A stretch of 64,000 nucleotides of DNA from Salisapilia sapeloensis CBS 127946 (lineage: Eukaryota; Protista; Oomycota): NCBI GenBank assembly GCA_023334545.1, contig JAADVB010000002.1:62001-126000 (forward strand). Reading direction: 5' to 3'. The notes beneath the pieces are model-generated. The model was not told the DNA's origin, made no database searches, and saw only the letters and a program-made list of their open reading frames with translations. A program made the position numbers and the translations under genes. This document shows positions 23,266 to 34,473 of the stretch, piece after piece; position 1 is the first letter of the stretch; each line of letters starts with the position of its first letter.

Positions 23266-26255
23266 CTAGGTGTCAACTAGTCCACGTAGGATACACCCGC
23301 GTTCCATGTACTCTTTACTTCTTCCAAATTTCGAAATCGGCAGAGGAATAGTAACTTCGAATATCGAAAGTATGCTGTGTTCGTCACCTTTTCGTACGAT
23401 GCTTTGTTTCCACCATGTCGTACCGACGTTCGTGCGAAAGCATTCGTCATGATCCTGAACACGGCAGTAGTTGTAGACGAATTGGATCATATTATTGCCA
23501 AAAGGTTTCAGAACGATGCGATCGGTGCGTCGCCCATGGTAACGGGTTATCATTCGAGTAGCCATGACGACCAGCACCAGTATATCGATACTAGTGGCGC
23601 AATGACCATCCTTCTTGTCGCTGTAGCATATGAAGTCGGTCTTGGAAAAGTTTGGTCAACGGTAACACTTCGTCCGGATGTGCAATCAGATTTCCTCGGT
23701 TAAAAATGATACGGAAGTGCGGCTCGTCTTTTGTATCTTTTGTGTGCGATTGTGCAGGCGTTGTCAGGCTATCACGAGCTGTCTAGTAACTTCAACGATC
23801 GCGTACATGAAGAGTTGTGAGAGATGTACTTCGTCGATATCAGAAGGTGATGATTGGCCGTTACAACTGAGAGACGACGTGGGTGATGTAATGACTACAT
23901 CCTGGCATGGCTTCCTTGAAGAGCGCGGGCGGAGCGCAAGTGGAGTGAGTGCTCACTTCAAAAAAATCAAGATCGAGAGCAAGCAATAATTTAAACAAGC
24001 ATTTGCATTACTGTATTGCTTAACTGTACTGCTGCCTCTATACCCCTATCTGGACACGAGGGTTTCACGAACGAGGCATCAATCTTGAAGGCTCGTCGAC
24101 CTTGATGAGACACTTCAAGCAACCTTTCCTTTTCCTTTACCAGTTTAGTTTTTCTTTCAGTAGGCAATTAACCACAAGACACGCAAGACTTACTTCAAAT
24201 TAGCACACTTCTGAGACGAATACCTGGCACCGACCTGTCATGGCTGCAAACAACTTCTCGTCTAATTCTTCTTCCGATAGCTCACCGCCAAAATTTCAAA
24301 ACGCGTGCAAGAGAAGCTTAGACTCGATGCAGCTGTCGTGTCCAATGACAGCAAGTCGCAGCATGAAGTCATCTATAGGAGCTCGTATGGTCTTTTGTGC
24401 TTCCCACATCTTTATCTCCTTAGCTGCATTATCCCGGCGGTCTCGCACATCTCTCAAAAAGAGTTCGTACTTTGTCTGTAGTCACTTCATTGCCATCGTT
24501 GTATACATTTCGCTTCTGAGAGGCTGATGTAGGATATCTCTGCGTTTTCACACGAGTCCACCAAAAACTGAGTTTCCGGTAACTTGTTTGCTCTTTTTTA
24601 AGTGAATCGTTCCCGAGCAAGAGTAGATTTACTGTATCTACGTCAAACGTCGGCCAGACATCTTCTAGTGTTCGCACTCTTGTCTCGCTGTCAGAAAACA
24701 CTCCGAGGAGCTGCCAAGATACTACGTGAAACGAAGAGATTACAGGTATCTCTGCAACAGCCATTGATGTTAGAGTATCGAATTTTCGAGCTGGGTGATC
24801 CAACGGGTATTATGTACGTATTCTACCCTCTTCATCATCAGCACCTTCGTGCTTGTAATTGACCATGCGCTCAATGACCTCGAGGTAGACAGCAGTATTG
24901 TACTTGACAAATTTCTAGATTCGGTATGGTAGTATTTCTTCGAGAGCATTACGTAGCAGTTTGTCTTTAATTTTGTCCTTCTCCATTCGTTGCAGTGAAA
25001 AGAAAATTTTTTTGATGGTGGAAATTCAGATGAAAATGTGATCGTTACGGGATTTTTGCTCATCACCAATCGAACCGAGTGGATGAGTGTACCGACCATG
25101 CCATGCTGGAAGCTGCTCCAAGATGAATTCTACTGCAAAAGTAGCGACATCAAACTGCACATTAGCGTTACGACGTACATGTGAAGACAGAAGCTGCCAT
25201 TCGATGCACCGGCAAGTAGATCAGCCATGACATCCATAACTTGAGTTCCAAAAGCTACTTGAAGCAAAGATGACCCTAAAGCATCCCCTTTTAAATCTAC
25301 AATTTGGGCAAAGTTGTAATCAAGATTACGGTCTTGTAATCCCTGAACTGCATTGTGGTCACCGATGAGATCAAGAAAGCCTGCAACAGTGATGATGTCG
25401 CTCGAAAGCATTGAAATCGTTGCAGATCATGAATTAATGAAATCCACTTGTCCATTTGCCATCACTGGAAGCTTGACTTTTGCAGGGTGGCTCATAAAGA
25501 GACAGGCAACATTCTTAATCGCACGAACTTGATGTATGCCTTCATCTTTGTTTGCCAGATACTCACTAATAGCCTCTACGATGTCCATGGGAGTAACCAC
25601 ACTGACAGGACCAGCATTTGTCCCTCTGACAATCTCTACAGTCTTTACATCCTTCTTAAGCAAAGGCGGTAACTTGTCGACGGTCAGACGAAGAGAACGA
25701 AGTCTCCCTTGGATGCATCAAGCTGGATAGTTTCTAGTAACTTGGTACCTTCAACAAGCGCTTCCTCATAAGAAATAAGATCGATCCATCGTTTGGGCGA
25801 AGGCAAGGGTCAGCTGGAGTTGCTCAAAAGACAGGCCGCTCTTTGAGACCGCTTCTGGAACCGATCACCTGTGATGACTGCGATGCTCTTGAGTAACTCG
25901 AAGAGAGTTGACTGAAGTCGATTTTGGAGGAGTAAATGTAAATAGTAATCCACATCCTGAATCGGACAAGAAGAATTCCGTCAACATACATCGTTAGTAC
26001 GTTCATCTCCTCTTCCAGAGTCTCATCCGCTGTGGACGTACCGCTAAGATGATCAAACATTGTTCTAAGTAGTTTCATGAGTCCGTCTGCCAGTGCGGAT
26101 GCATCGTACGTGGCCGGCTTGATGTATGCACCGCCAAAATACTTTGAAATGACACTGTAGAGATGATTCTCAGTTTCTGTGAAGCTGCAATGGATCGTGC
26201 TAAGGACGAGACTATCCCCCAGGTGTGCTTTGATCCGCTCTAGTATTTCCATCAA
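23266..26255 (-). pseudogene. Decayed gene for a large, apparently helical protein of unknown family
   Basis: Protein-like reading continues across several frameshifts and stops (MEILERIKAHLG.., DVDYYLHLLLQNRL.., LKKDVKTVEIV.., LQRMEKDKIKDKLLRNALEEIL*, KYELFLRDVRDRR..); intron-like segment GTACGT..CTAAT..TTTTGCAG at 25133..25178. Confidence 0.55.
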
Positions 26256-28151
26256 ATCGCTGTTTTGGATATCCCACGTGTTGAAAAAAACTTTATTCGA
26301 ATGCGTTAACGCGACATAGTTAAATTTTCAAACTACTTTTGCACAAATCTCTGAGTACATCTATAATGAAGCATGTGTAAGCTTCGAGTGCAAGCTATAG
26401 AGTCTAGATTTAAAAGGTGGGATTTATCGGCATCGACGATTAAAGCACGGAAAAGGTAATGACACGTCGACATGATAATGTATCCTCTGGGTAGATAGAG
26501 ACAGTGGATCTCATACACAGAGCAAGAGTAAACAAATTAGCTTTCCATCTACTAGAGCATACTTTCTCTAAGTGGTTGAACTAAAAGAAATATACCAAAT
26601 TTCCATATTCGTGTTCAAATCCTTATAGTGAAGACAAGTGGAAACTAGCTCACAAGTTCGAGTCGATCGCCACCGTTGGCCTTCCATTCTCGACCCACAC
26701 GCAGCTCAAAAGGTCTAAATGAGAGAAGAGTCCTCTGCGTCAAGTGTAACGGGAAGTTACATGAATGTATCCCAAACTGGGGTAACATTTCGGATCTTGA
26801 AGTGGGGCCTTGTATTAGAGCATGTGATGCAAATACAATGGTACAAGGAACATGAATGGTCGTTAGACCTTTCCATACTAAGAGTAAGATTAAGGAGATT
26901 GCATTAGGATTTAGTAGGTATATAGAAACTATAAGTCTAGTAGTCTGATTAAAGCTAAATACATTCAGTTCTCATTTTGCTTTCTAAAGCACAAGTGTCT
27001 TACACTACTTCCGTACTTTTTAGTACAAGAGTTTCATACTCCGCGTTTTACGCTTCCCTAACGTTTAAAGGGCTATTGTCATTACTTCCGTCACATCAAG
27101 AACCACGACACCACTGGACTCTCCAGCGTCTGGTAACGTTGGTGACAATAATGCCATTGACACCTTTGTGCCAACTCTTCTTGGTGTGTCTGCCCACGAT
27201 ATAATCAGACAAGCGCAAAGCCGATATAAAGAGCGGTTTGCTAAACAACAGCAAGCTGAAAGCTCGTGAAAGCTCAACCAACGGAACAACAGTGTAAATA
27301 TAATGCAGTCTTGAATAAACTCCTCCCACCACCTTTATAAACCGACCTTTTGTTTGAATGACTTAGCTACTCTTAGGCTTCAAAGTCATCTCGAGCCGAC
27401 AAAACCTACTGGAAATGCTGCACGAGGAAAAACGCCAAGGGTTACTACAAGTCGTCAAGGTACGTGAATGTAAAGGAAAACGACTTAATAACACTAGTTC
27501 ACTATGGTCACTAGCTGTCAAGGTATATGCAAATCTTGTTGACAGCAGACGTGGCAAGTGAGCTCAAAATCTATCCGCATGAATGAAGGTTGAGCGACAA
27601 AGTATGCTAGGTAATACTATCTTGTTTTACGACACTTCAATTGCTGCTTCGATGTATCTAACTGACACGATCTCATGCCAATTTATAATGGGATTTTGTC
27701 TAATAGCGTATCGGAGGATTTTGGGCAAGGTGAACGCAAAGCAGTATCTATGAAACCTTCCAGAATTGCTTCGCCACTGGATGATAGTGAAACAGAAACG
27801 GAGAACGAAGTGCGAACCCGTGATAGAACGAAAAGCTTATGCGTTTCAAAGAAACATGCATCGTCATCCGAGTTGCCAATCGAAATTGCAAAAGGACTAC
27901 AACACCTGAAGATGCCGAGAAGGACATCAAAGCAGTACAATCACCTCTCGGAAGTATCATCGTCGTCTAATGATTCGGAAATTGACTCTACCCGTGTATC
28001 TAGTTCTAGCAGCACTATGCACACTTCTGATGGTAATTTGGCCCCAGGAAATGAATCTGGCAAAAAGAGAAGAAAAGAAGAGCGCGCAAAACAACTCAAG
28101 ATGAAGCAGTGATTCAAGGAATCACAACAGCAAATTAAACCAAGGATTCGA

Positions 28152-29690
28152 ATGCGACGAACAAGCTCCTTCAAGCATCGATCTAAAATTACCGCGAAAG
28201 CATTCGTGGTACGCGCTACGGTACCATCCGTTATAGGCCAGCCTTTTCGTACTTGGGATGACGTACAAGCATTCATTGCTGCATTCAAGCTTGCGGTGTA
28301 TGCTAAGTACCGTCGGCGAACATCCATGGGAGTAGCAACCTACAACAAAAGTGTCAAGTCCACAGAGAAGCTACGAGAAGATCGCTTTACCTTTGCTTCA
28401 GTGAATTATCATTGTACCCACGGCTGCTACGCTAATAGTCGATCGGCTGGTAAACGTGTCGGTAGAAGTGATCGATATGTTAGATGCCCAACTCGAACCC
28501 TAGTGAAGGTCGTCAAAGACGACGATGATTTAATCGTCACTTCTAAGAGCGGGGTATGAACACGAATATGTAACTATATGAATATATGGGAAAATGTACA
28601 ATGTAAGCGTTATGCTTTCAAATGTGCAGCTAGCATTGGCTTGTGTCCGCTAATACTGGGCTAGTGTCGACCTATGTCGGGCTAATGTTGCACTGTGTCG
28701 GCCTGTGTCCGACTTATGTTGCACTGTGTTGAGTATGTATAAGTCATTTATTTAAGCTGAGCTGCTTTGGACGAGCAAACATTTCCAAATGACTACTCAG
28801 CATACATAATTACGGACGGTACTACCAAAGTCGATGGAGAAGTATCGTCTTTTGGTAGATAAAAGCTGCTGTCTGTATTACTACTTTATCACCACCATTA
28901 TCGTTTATTACTTTAAGTATTATCTATTCACAGTCTAATAAGTTTTTGCCAATGCTAGTGCACGATGCTTTACCACGAGCTATCACCGGCGGGGGCTGCT
29001 CAGTATCATCGCAACGCTGACGTGACCGACGAAAAGTTGAAGAACGAGATTCTCACTATGGTACAAGCACGTACCCCGTCGCGAAGCTTACCGTCAATCA
29101 TCCCCGAGAGAACTGGCGTGCCGTATACTGGTCAGAAAGCTCGCAACTTGATTACAAATATTATGAAGGGTTCAACAAAATAAAAGGCTGCGGCGATGCT
29201 TAACAGTTTCCACACACATGGCGACGACGTTGTTCTGATTAAATCTCCTTCAAATGTTTTGCGGGGCGTGTACATGCAATCACAAATGCAGCGTAAAATA
29301 GTGCCAGAGTACAGTGAGACTCTCATCTTCAACTTTACTCATGTGACAAACAATCTATGTAACTCGATGGCAACGTTGGTTGCTACGTTTCCAACCGGCC
29401 GTGGAATACCAGTATGTGATATGTTGACAGATTCACAGAGCAAAGACATGATGAAGATGTTATTGAAGCTAGTTATTGATTCTAATAAAGGTCCTGCACA
29501 GTGTGTCCAGTCTTTTATCATAGGTATGGACTTTAAGGAATGGGGTGTCCTGGAAACCATGCTATCTGATTCAAAAGTCCTGTTGTGCCCGTTCCACGTC
29601 ATTAAAGACCTAAACTTCGAGTTGAAAAGATTAAGTATGCAATGCCACGGATTGATCGTAAGCGCGCTGAATCATTATGCGCTAATTTAG
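28152..29690 (+). pseudogene. MULE transposase remnant (ZSWIM1/3-type RNase H-like domain)
   Basis: ORFs 28152..28559, 28965..29183 and 29196..29690; expected catalytic Asp positions read LIFNFTH and FIIGMDF, and the CxxH motif LCPFH is retained. Confidence 0.8.
28655..28740. repeat. Degenerate 10-11 bp tandem repeat cluster, core TATGT(C/T)G
   Basis: cctatgtcgg, gctaatgttgc, actgtgtcgg, gacttatgttgc, actgtgttga; lies just downstream of a GTATGA donor at 28555. Confidence 0.75.
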
Positions 29691-30221
29691 TTCATGCTAC
29701 AAGAAAAGAAAGTTTTCATAGTACTTTGAAGCGACTTTGCTGTCGCTAGCAGAATTTGCCGATGAGATATCATCCCGGTTGACATCAACAGATACTGTGT
29801 TACCTCTTGATCGCTATGAAAGCTGAACATGAGCTATCTACAAAAGATGATGCAGAAAGTCAGCTACTCATGCAGGCTATTTCGTATGCCGGAGAAGAAT
29901 CAAACGATGATAGCAAGTTTCCAGATGAGGACGAAGCGTACCTGTGTCGTCAAGCGCCTACCCATGAACAGCAAGCAGGCCATCAGCAGCACGTGAGAAA
30001 TGACCAAATGGAGTCTTTAACCGCCAACGATAATGACCACGTGCATATGAGTGGTAACCTGGGTGACATTGATGAGTACCTGCTTTTTGGCATATTAACA
30101 CCTCCATCGCAGGTGCTTACGACGAAGCTGAACTTGTCAACCCAGTCTCAAGAGGTAATTTAACGAACGACTATGTAACTGAGCAGAGGTAAAACATATA
30201 TATTATCCTTATTTGAAATTG

Positions 30222-30275
30222 TGTCAATACTATGTTGCGCTATGTTGATATTATGTCGCACTATGTCGGCACTTT
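30222..30275. repeat. 10-11 bp tandem repeat cluster, core TATGT(C/T)G
   Basis: tatgttg at 30231 and 30241, tatgtcg at 30252 and 30262 (spacing 10, 11, 10). Confidence 0.8.
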
Positions 30276-31759
30276 TATCAAGCTTTTGTCGATTTCCTAT
30301 GACGATCTGAAGATTAAAGCGTCCTATGCTGATATTTGGTATAGGTATGCCTGGAAATCGAAAGGAATCAACGCCTAAAGGGACGAATGCAAGCCGACAG
30401 CTAATTGTTCGGCCGAAATGGCAAGGTAAGGTGCATTATACAAGTAATTTTAAGCGATGTTGCCGCTCTTGCTACGTGTAACCTGGACATTACTTGCGCA
30501 TACATACCTACGGACGTACTATATACTAACATTCGGCACCATACAATAGATGGAATTAACTGACTCCGACAGCGGCTCAAGCATTCAGTCCAGGGAAAAG
30601 CTGCGATCAAGATGATCAAGCTACTCTGACTATTAAGCGTCCACTCGTGGCGGAGTTCGATGAAGGTATAAGTTAAGATGATTGCATTAATCTATTTGAC
30701 GGTGTTTCGATTGAGCAGACTGAAACTAACCTAATGTAAACGCTTATTGTCAGCTATCGACTACGACTTTAGCAACGAATGTGGTCGGAGATACATTGAG
30801 GACGTAGCAAGAAGCATGATGCCAGCTCAAAGCGATGGTGAGGGTAAAATAGTAATAGCGACGTAAGCTCGAGACTAAGTTACCGCTTTATCCTTTATGC
30901 ATGAACTTGGTAAATAGATGGTGAAAACAATGGAAACAATGGAAACAATGCTAATCGCTTGAGAAGAACAATAAGTACACAGTCTACGCCGTACAACAAA
31001 GATATACATCTTATATTCGCTTAATAAGAAACACATTGTACTAGTGCTATATGTGATAGGTTCTATTGTTTTGCCACCGAGGGAGTTGTCACATTTTAAC
31101 ACAAAGAGGACGAGCTTTCGCAAGTGCTCTTCGTCACTTTTTAGTGACCCAGATCGATCTGAGCGGAAATGTGCAAAGAATGATGATGGCGAGTCTAAAA
31201 GTAGTGAGCGCGAATCAGAAGTAACCACGCTATCCCGAAGAAAAACTTAAGCACACACGTCTTCAGCGCAAAACAAGCGTTCTAAGATGCCAAAAGCCAT
31301 CAATGAGTCTAGTTTGCCGTCTATTCTTTCTGTTGGCAAGGAACGGAAACCTACGGCAGGCCATGTACTTTAAAATACACGTGTTGGTACAGTCATGCCA
31401 CTCGACACCTTCATTCGGTGTGTAAATTTGACATCACGAAATAAATTAAACGCAGTATTTGCGTCGATGCCAACTAAATATCAGCACAAGAATCCTAAAG
31501 ACGTGAAGGCCTAAGTTGGAACTCTTGGTTGGGAGTGAAAGACAAATTTCGTCGTGGCTCCTCCTCTTACAATTGCAAGTGTTGAAGCATCAAAAGCCAA
31601 ACGAAAGGAAAGGCAGCAGAAACAGCAGGAAACCACTGCCTTGAGCAGTAACTATGCTGAAGGTGAAGACAAGAAAAAGGAAGGTGAAAAGTGCTAGTTG
31701 AGCTAGGTGCAAGAACGATGCAGATGACAGAGTACGTAAATTGCGCTATATTATCAAGC

Positions 31760-31930
31760 GCATGCTATGTTGCCGACTATGTTGCTTCTATGATACTCTA
31801 TATACGTGTTACCACTACCAGCTATCACGTTGAACGGAGACATTATGTTGAGCTTGTCGACTTAAGTTGCTGTTGTCGACTAATGTCGCTATTTTCGACT
31901 TTGTGTTGATGTAGTCAACATTATGTCGTC
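31760..31930. repeat. Degenerate TATGT(C/T)G repeat cluster
   Basis: ctatgttgc, gactatgttgc, cattatgttgag, gactaatgtcg, cattatgtcg upstream of the Ulp1 ORF. Confidence 0.7.
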
Positions 31931-31971
31931 GTTCGTGCGTCAGTTGCCATGATACTATCGAGTACTAAGCT

Positions 31972-32670
31972 TTGTTTATGTGCGTTAGAGCCTACGTTGA
32001 TCAACTGGAAGAGTTCTATCACCTTAAGAACCTTATTCGTGGCATTAATCGGGATATAAAGTGGCTGCAAAGCAGAGTGGATAAAAAGAAATATCATGTA
32101 GAACGACCTACGCTACTATCCAAGGAGTCTACTACTTTAATGGCTGCAAGATGTGCCAGAATACTGGGCGAAACGTCGTTGAGTGTCACCAAAGTTGTTC
32201 GTGGAGCAGGAAAAGAGCTACCCTTCAGCATGGATCAGCTAGTCGGAAGAATCTGCGGGTCCGTGTGGTTGAACGATACCATCGTTACTGCGGGAATTGC
32301 AGCGGTTTGCAGCCGAAAGGAACGAATCGCCTTGCTTGACCCAGTCTTAAAGTCTTCCATGGCGCCACAGGAATGCCTCAATAACGTGGATACCTTGCTC
32401 ATGCCGATTAACTTAAGTAGCGTAGTCTGGAGCTTGGCAATTGTCGGTATATCAACAACGTCCGTTGATCACAGCCTAGCAGTGGATTTATACGACCCGC
32501 TGCGCAGCCAATTTTACGTCGACGAAATTAAACACCATTATCGCGTGGAACTATCGTCTACACTTCGCAAATGATGGGAGCGAGACATGAAGCTGGATCC
32601 CATGTCAAAACCTGTCGTCGACGATATTGAGTTTTTCGTTCAACGAGATGGAAGCAGTGGTGGTTGCTAT
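31972..32670 (+). pseudogene. Ulp1-like (C48) protease remnant
   Basis: VWLNDTIV, LLMPINLSSVVW (catalytic His lost) and, past the stop at 32574, QRDGSSGG (catalytic Cys lost). Confidence 0.7.
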
Positions 32671-33542
32671 ATCATAGGGATGTGCGATTCTCAGGTTAAT
32701 AAGAATGAAAGCTTTAGCCATGCAGCTAGGCAAATAAGCAGATGAGCATGGTACGGATTCGGATATTGGATTTGATACTGCAGTCGTCCAAAAACGTGTA
32801 CCGGACTCTGAACCGACTGCTGCCGAGCGCAGAGAGTTTCTGAAGCTTCAAAGGGGGATCAAAAGACCAAGAAGTAGTTAGTGGGCTAAGAGGCAAACGA
32901 AGCATACGGTAACATCGAAAGACTCAATCGTGCAATCAAAGTAATTAGGAATACACACGTTGACCATGGTTTCGATCTAAGTAGTAAGTGGAATGAGTAA
33001 GTGAGCTAACAGACTTGTATTTTTATTAATCTTCTTCTATCTTGCTGTACTGCCAACCTCTTTACTTCACTTGCAAGTGAATCGAGGAGTCAGTGGATCG
33101 TCTCGATCGTCTACACTGGCTCCATACCCTTGCCTCGACGCAACATCTAGCGCTTCTCCATCAAACTCTAGGAGTTTTGTACGAAGCGCATCCATCGTAT
33201 CTACGAGCTCGCGCACGCTCCTTGATGCGAGTCGCATCAGATCTGTGAGCTCCTCATTTCCCGATAAGCGTATCTATAGTAGCTGCTGCAAAAGGGACTG
33301 AGTACGCTCAAGTGCTTTGTTAATACTCAACACTTCGTAGGAGCTTCGATCTGGTTGCGTCTACATTGTAGTCGATGTGTCTGTGTGTCTGTCTTGCTTG
33401 AACGTGTGTATAATTTTGTTGTTTTAGTGATGGTTGTCAATCCTGACATGTGTAGGCTACCTGTAACTTTTCTTGTCTTTGAAAGATTTCGTTTTATAAC
33501 TTCGATCCTTCTTGACTGTACCTTCGGACTTGTGTTGCTCTG

Positions 33543-33705
33543 TGTTACCACTATGTTGAGCTATGTCGCCACTATGGTACTTTGGCTTATCGCAACACAG
33601 TGGCGACATAGCTCAACATAGTGGCGACACAGAGCAACATAGTATTGACCTAGTTCAACATAGTGTCGACCTAGGTCAACATTAGTCGACTTATGTTGCA
33701 TTAAT
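33543..33705. repeat. TATGT(C/T)G repeat cluster in both orientations, containing a perfect 26-bp inverted repeat
   Basis: 33548..33573 CCACTATGTTGAGCTATGTCGCCACT is the exact reverse complement of 33599..33624; 25-nt spacer. Confidence 0.9.
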
Positions 33706-33733
33706 TTGACGACGTAGAAACCTCTATGGAGCG

Positions 33734-34200
33734 TTAGCACCAGCCAAACTTTCTTTCTAGAAGTGCTTCTGTACTTACATCTTTTCTAAAGTGTAGCCCA
33801 GCATCGGTAATGAGGAAGACAACCGTTGGCTCTGAGCTATTCAGTAGAATCAGCTCAACTAAAGCAGCTTTTTGGTTTTCTGTTCCATCGCCACCGCTTG
33901 CTTGGATGTGACGAGCATTTGGAGGTATGCATAGTTTTATCGAGCGAGTGAACTGAACAGCTTCATTATCACCTTCGAAGGTATTCGATGAGATGAATCA
34001 TCCTCTCGAATCCTCGGTAAAGGTGATCAGCGTGACACTTACGGTATATTCCTCGCGAATTACCAATTCGACAAGCTGTGCTACCGTCTCCTTCATAGCC
34101 TCCAGTTTGCTGCCCATAGATCCAGTGATGGCGAGATTGAAAACAAGGTTTAGCATTGTAGCTTGTGAATGCAGTAGATCGACTGTGGTGTAGGAGGTAA
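33734..34200 (-). pseudogene. von Willebrand factor A (vWA) domain fragment
   Basis: LVFNLAITGSMG (MIDAS-like DxTGSM with D to A), ASGGDGTENQKAAL and VVFLITDAG; in-frame TGA at 33998..34000. Confidence 0.7.
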
Positions 34201-34473
34201 ATTGATGAATGAAAGGTAGTGGTAGCACATGCTAGTGCGTCATTTCAAGAGCTGATGCGAATGAAGGTTAGCATAATGACGTCTTGTACTGTCGACTGCT
34301 CGTGTTGAATGCTACCAGTCCACATAGCTACACACATCTCGACCCGTTGTCTCTAAACTTGAAGCAGATGCATATCATAGACGAACTGTAGTCACTCGGA
34401 CAGATAAAGCGACGTAAATCATCAATATTCATTCTTGTTAATTATGCAGAGTCGAATCTCAAAATAGCTTTTC

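Larger units (their letters stand above)
27675..33720 (+). mobile_element. Degenerate Mutator-like (MULE) DNA transposon carrying a Ulp1/C48 protease
   Basis: FRTWDD..YHCTHG..RSAGKR..R..RC (WRKY/FAR1-type N-terminal domain), RNase H-like segment ending LLCPFHV, downstream WLNDTI..LLMPINL..W..QRDGSS; premature stops (e.g. 28110..28112); interspersed 10-11 bp repeat clusters. Termini not identified. Confidence 0.8.

Noticed and set aside
27065-27289. F-box-like start (FRWLSFHELSACCCLANRSLYRL) on the minus strand
   Set aside because: Short, no ATG start, no supporting downstream domain; could be chance.
26300-27670. Terminal inverted repeats or target-site duplication for the MULE
   Set aside because: No convincing inverted match between this region and 33.7-34.0 kb by eye; needs a self-alignment.
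28655-33705. Repeat clusters as a CRISPR-like array
   Set aside because: Units are 10-11 bp and degenerate, with no unique constant-length spacers and no cas genes; the context is a eukaryotic transposon.
33998-34000. In-frame TGA in the vWA fragment as selenocysteine or readthrough
   Set aside because: The MIDAS Asp is also lost, the fragment is truncated and no SECIS is evident; a nonsense mutation is simpler.
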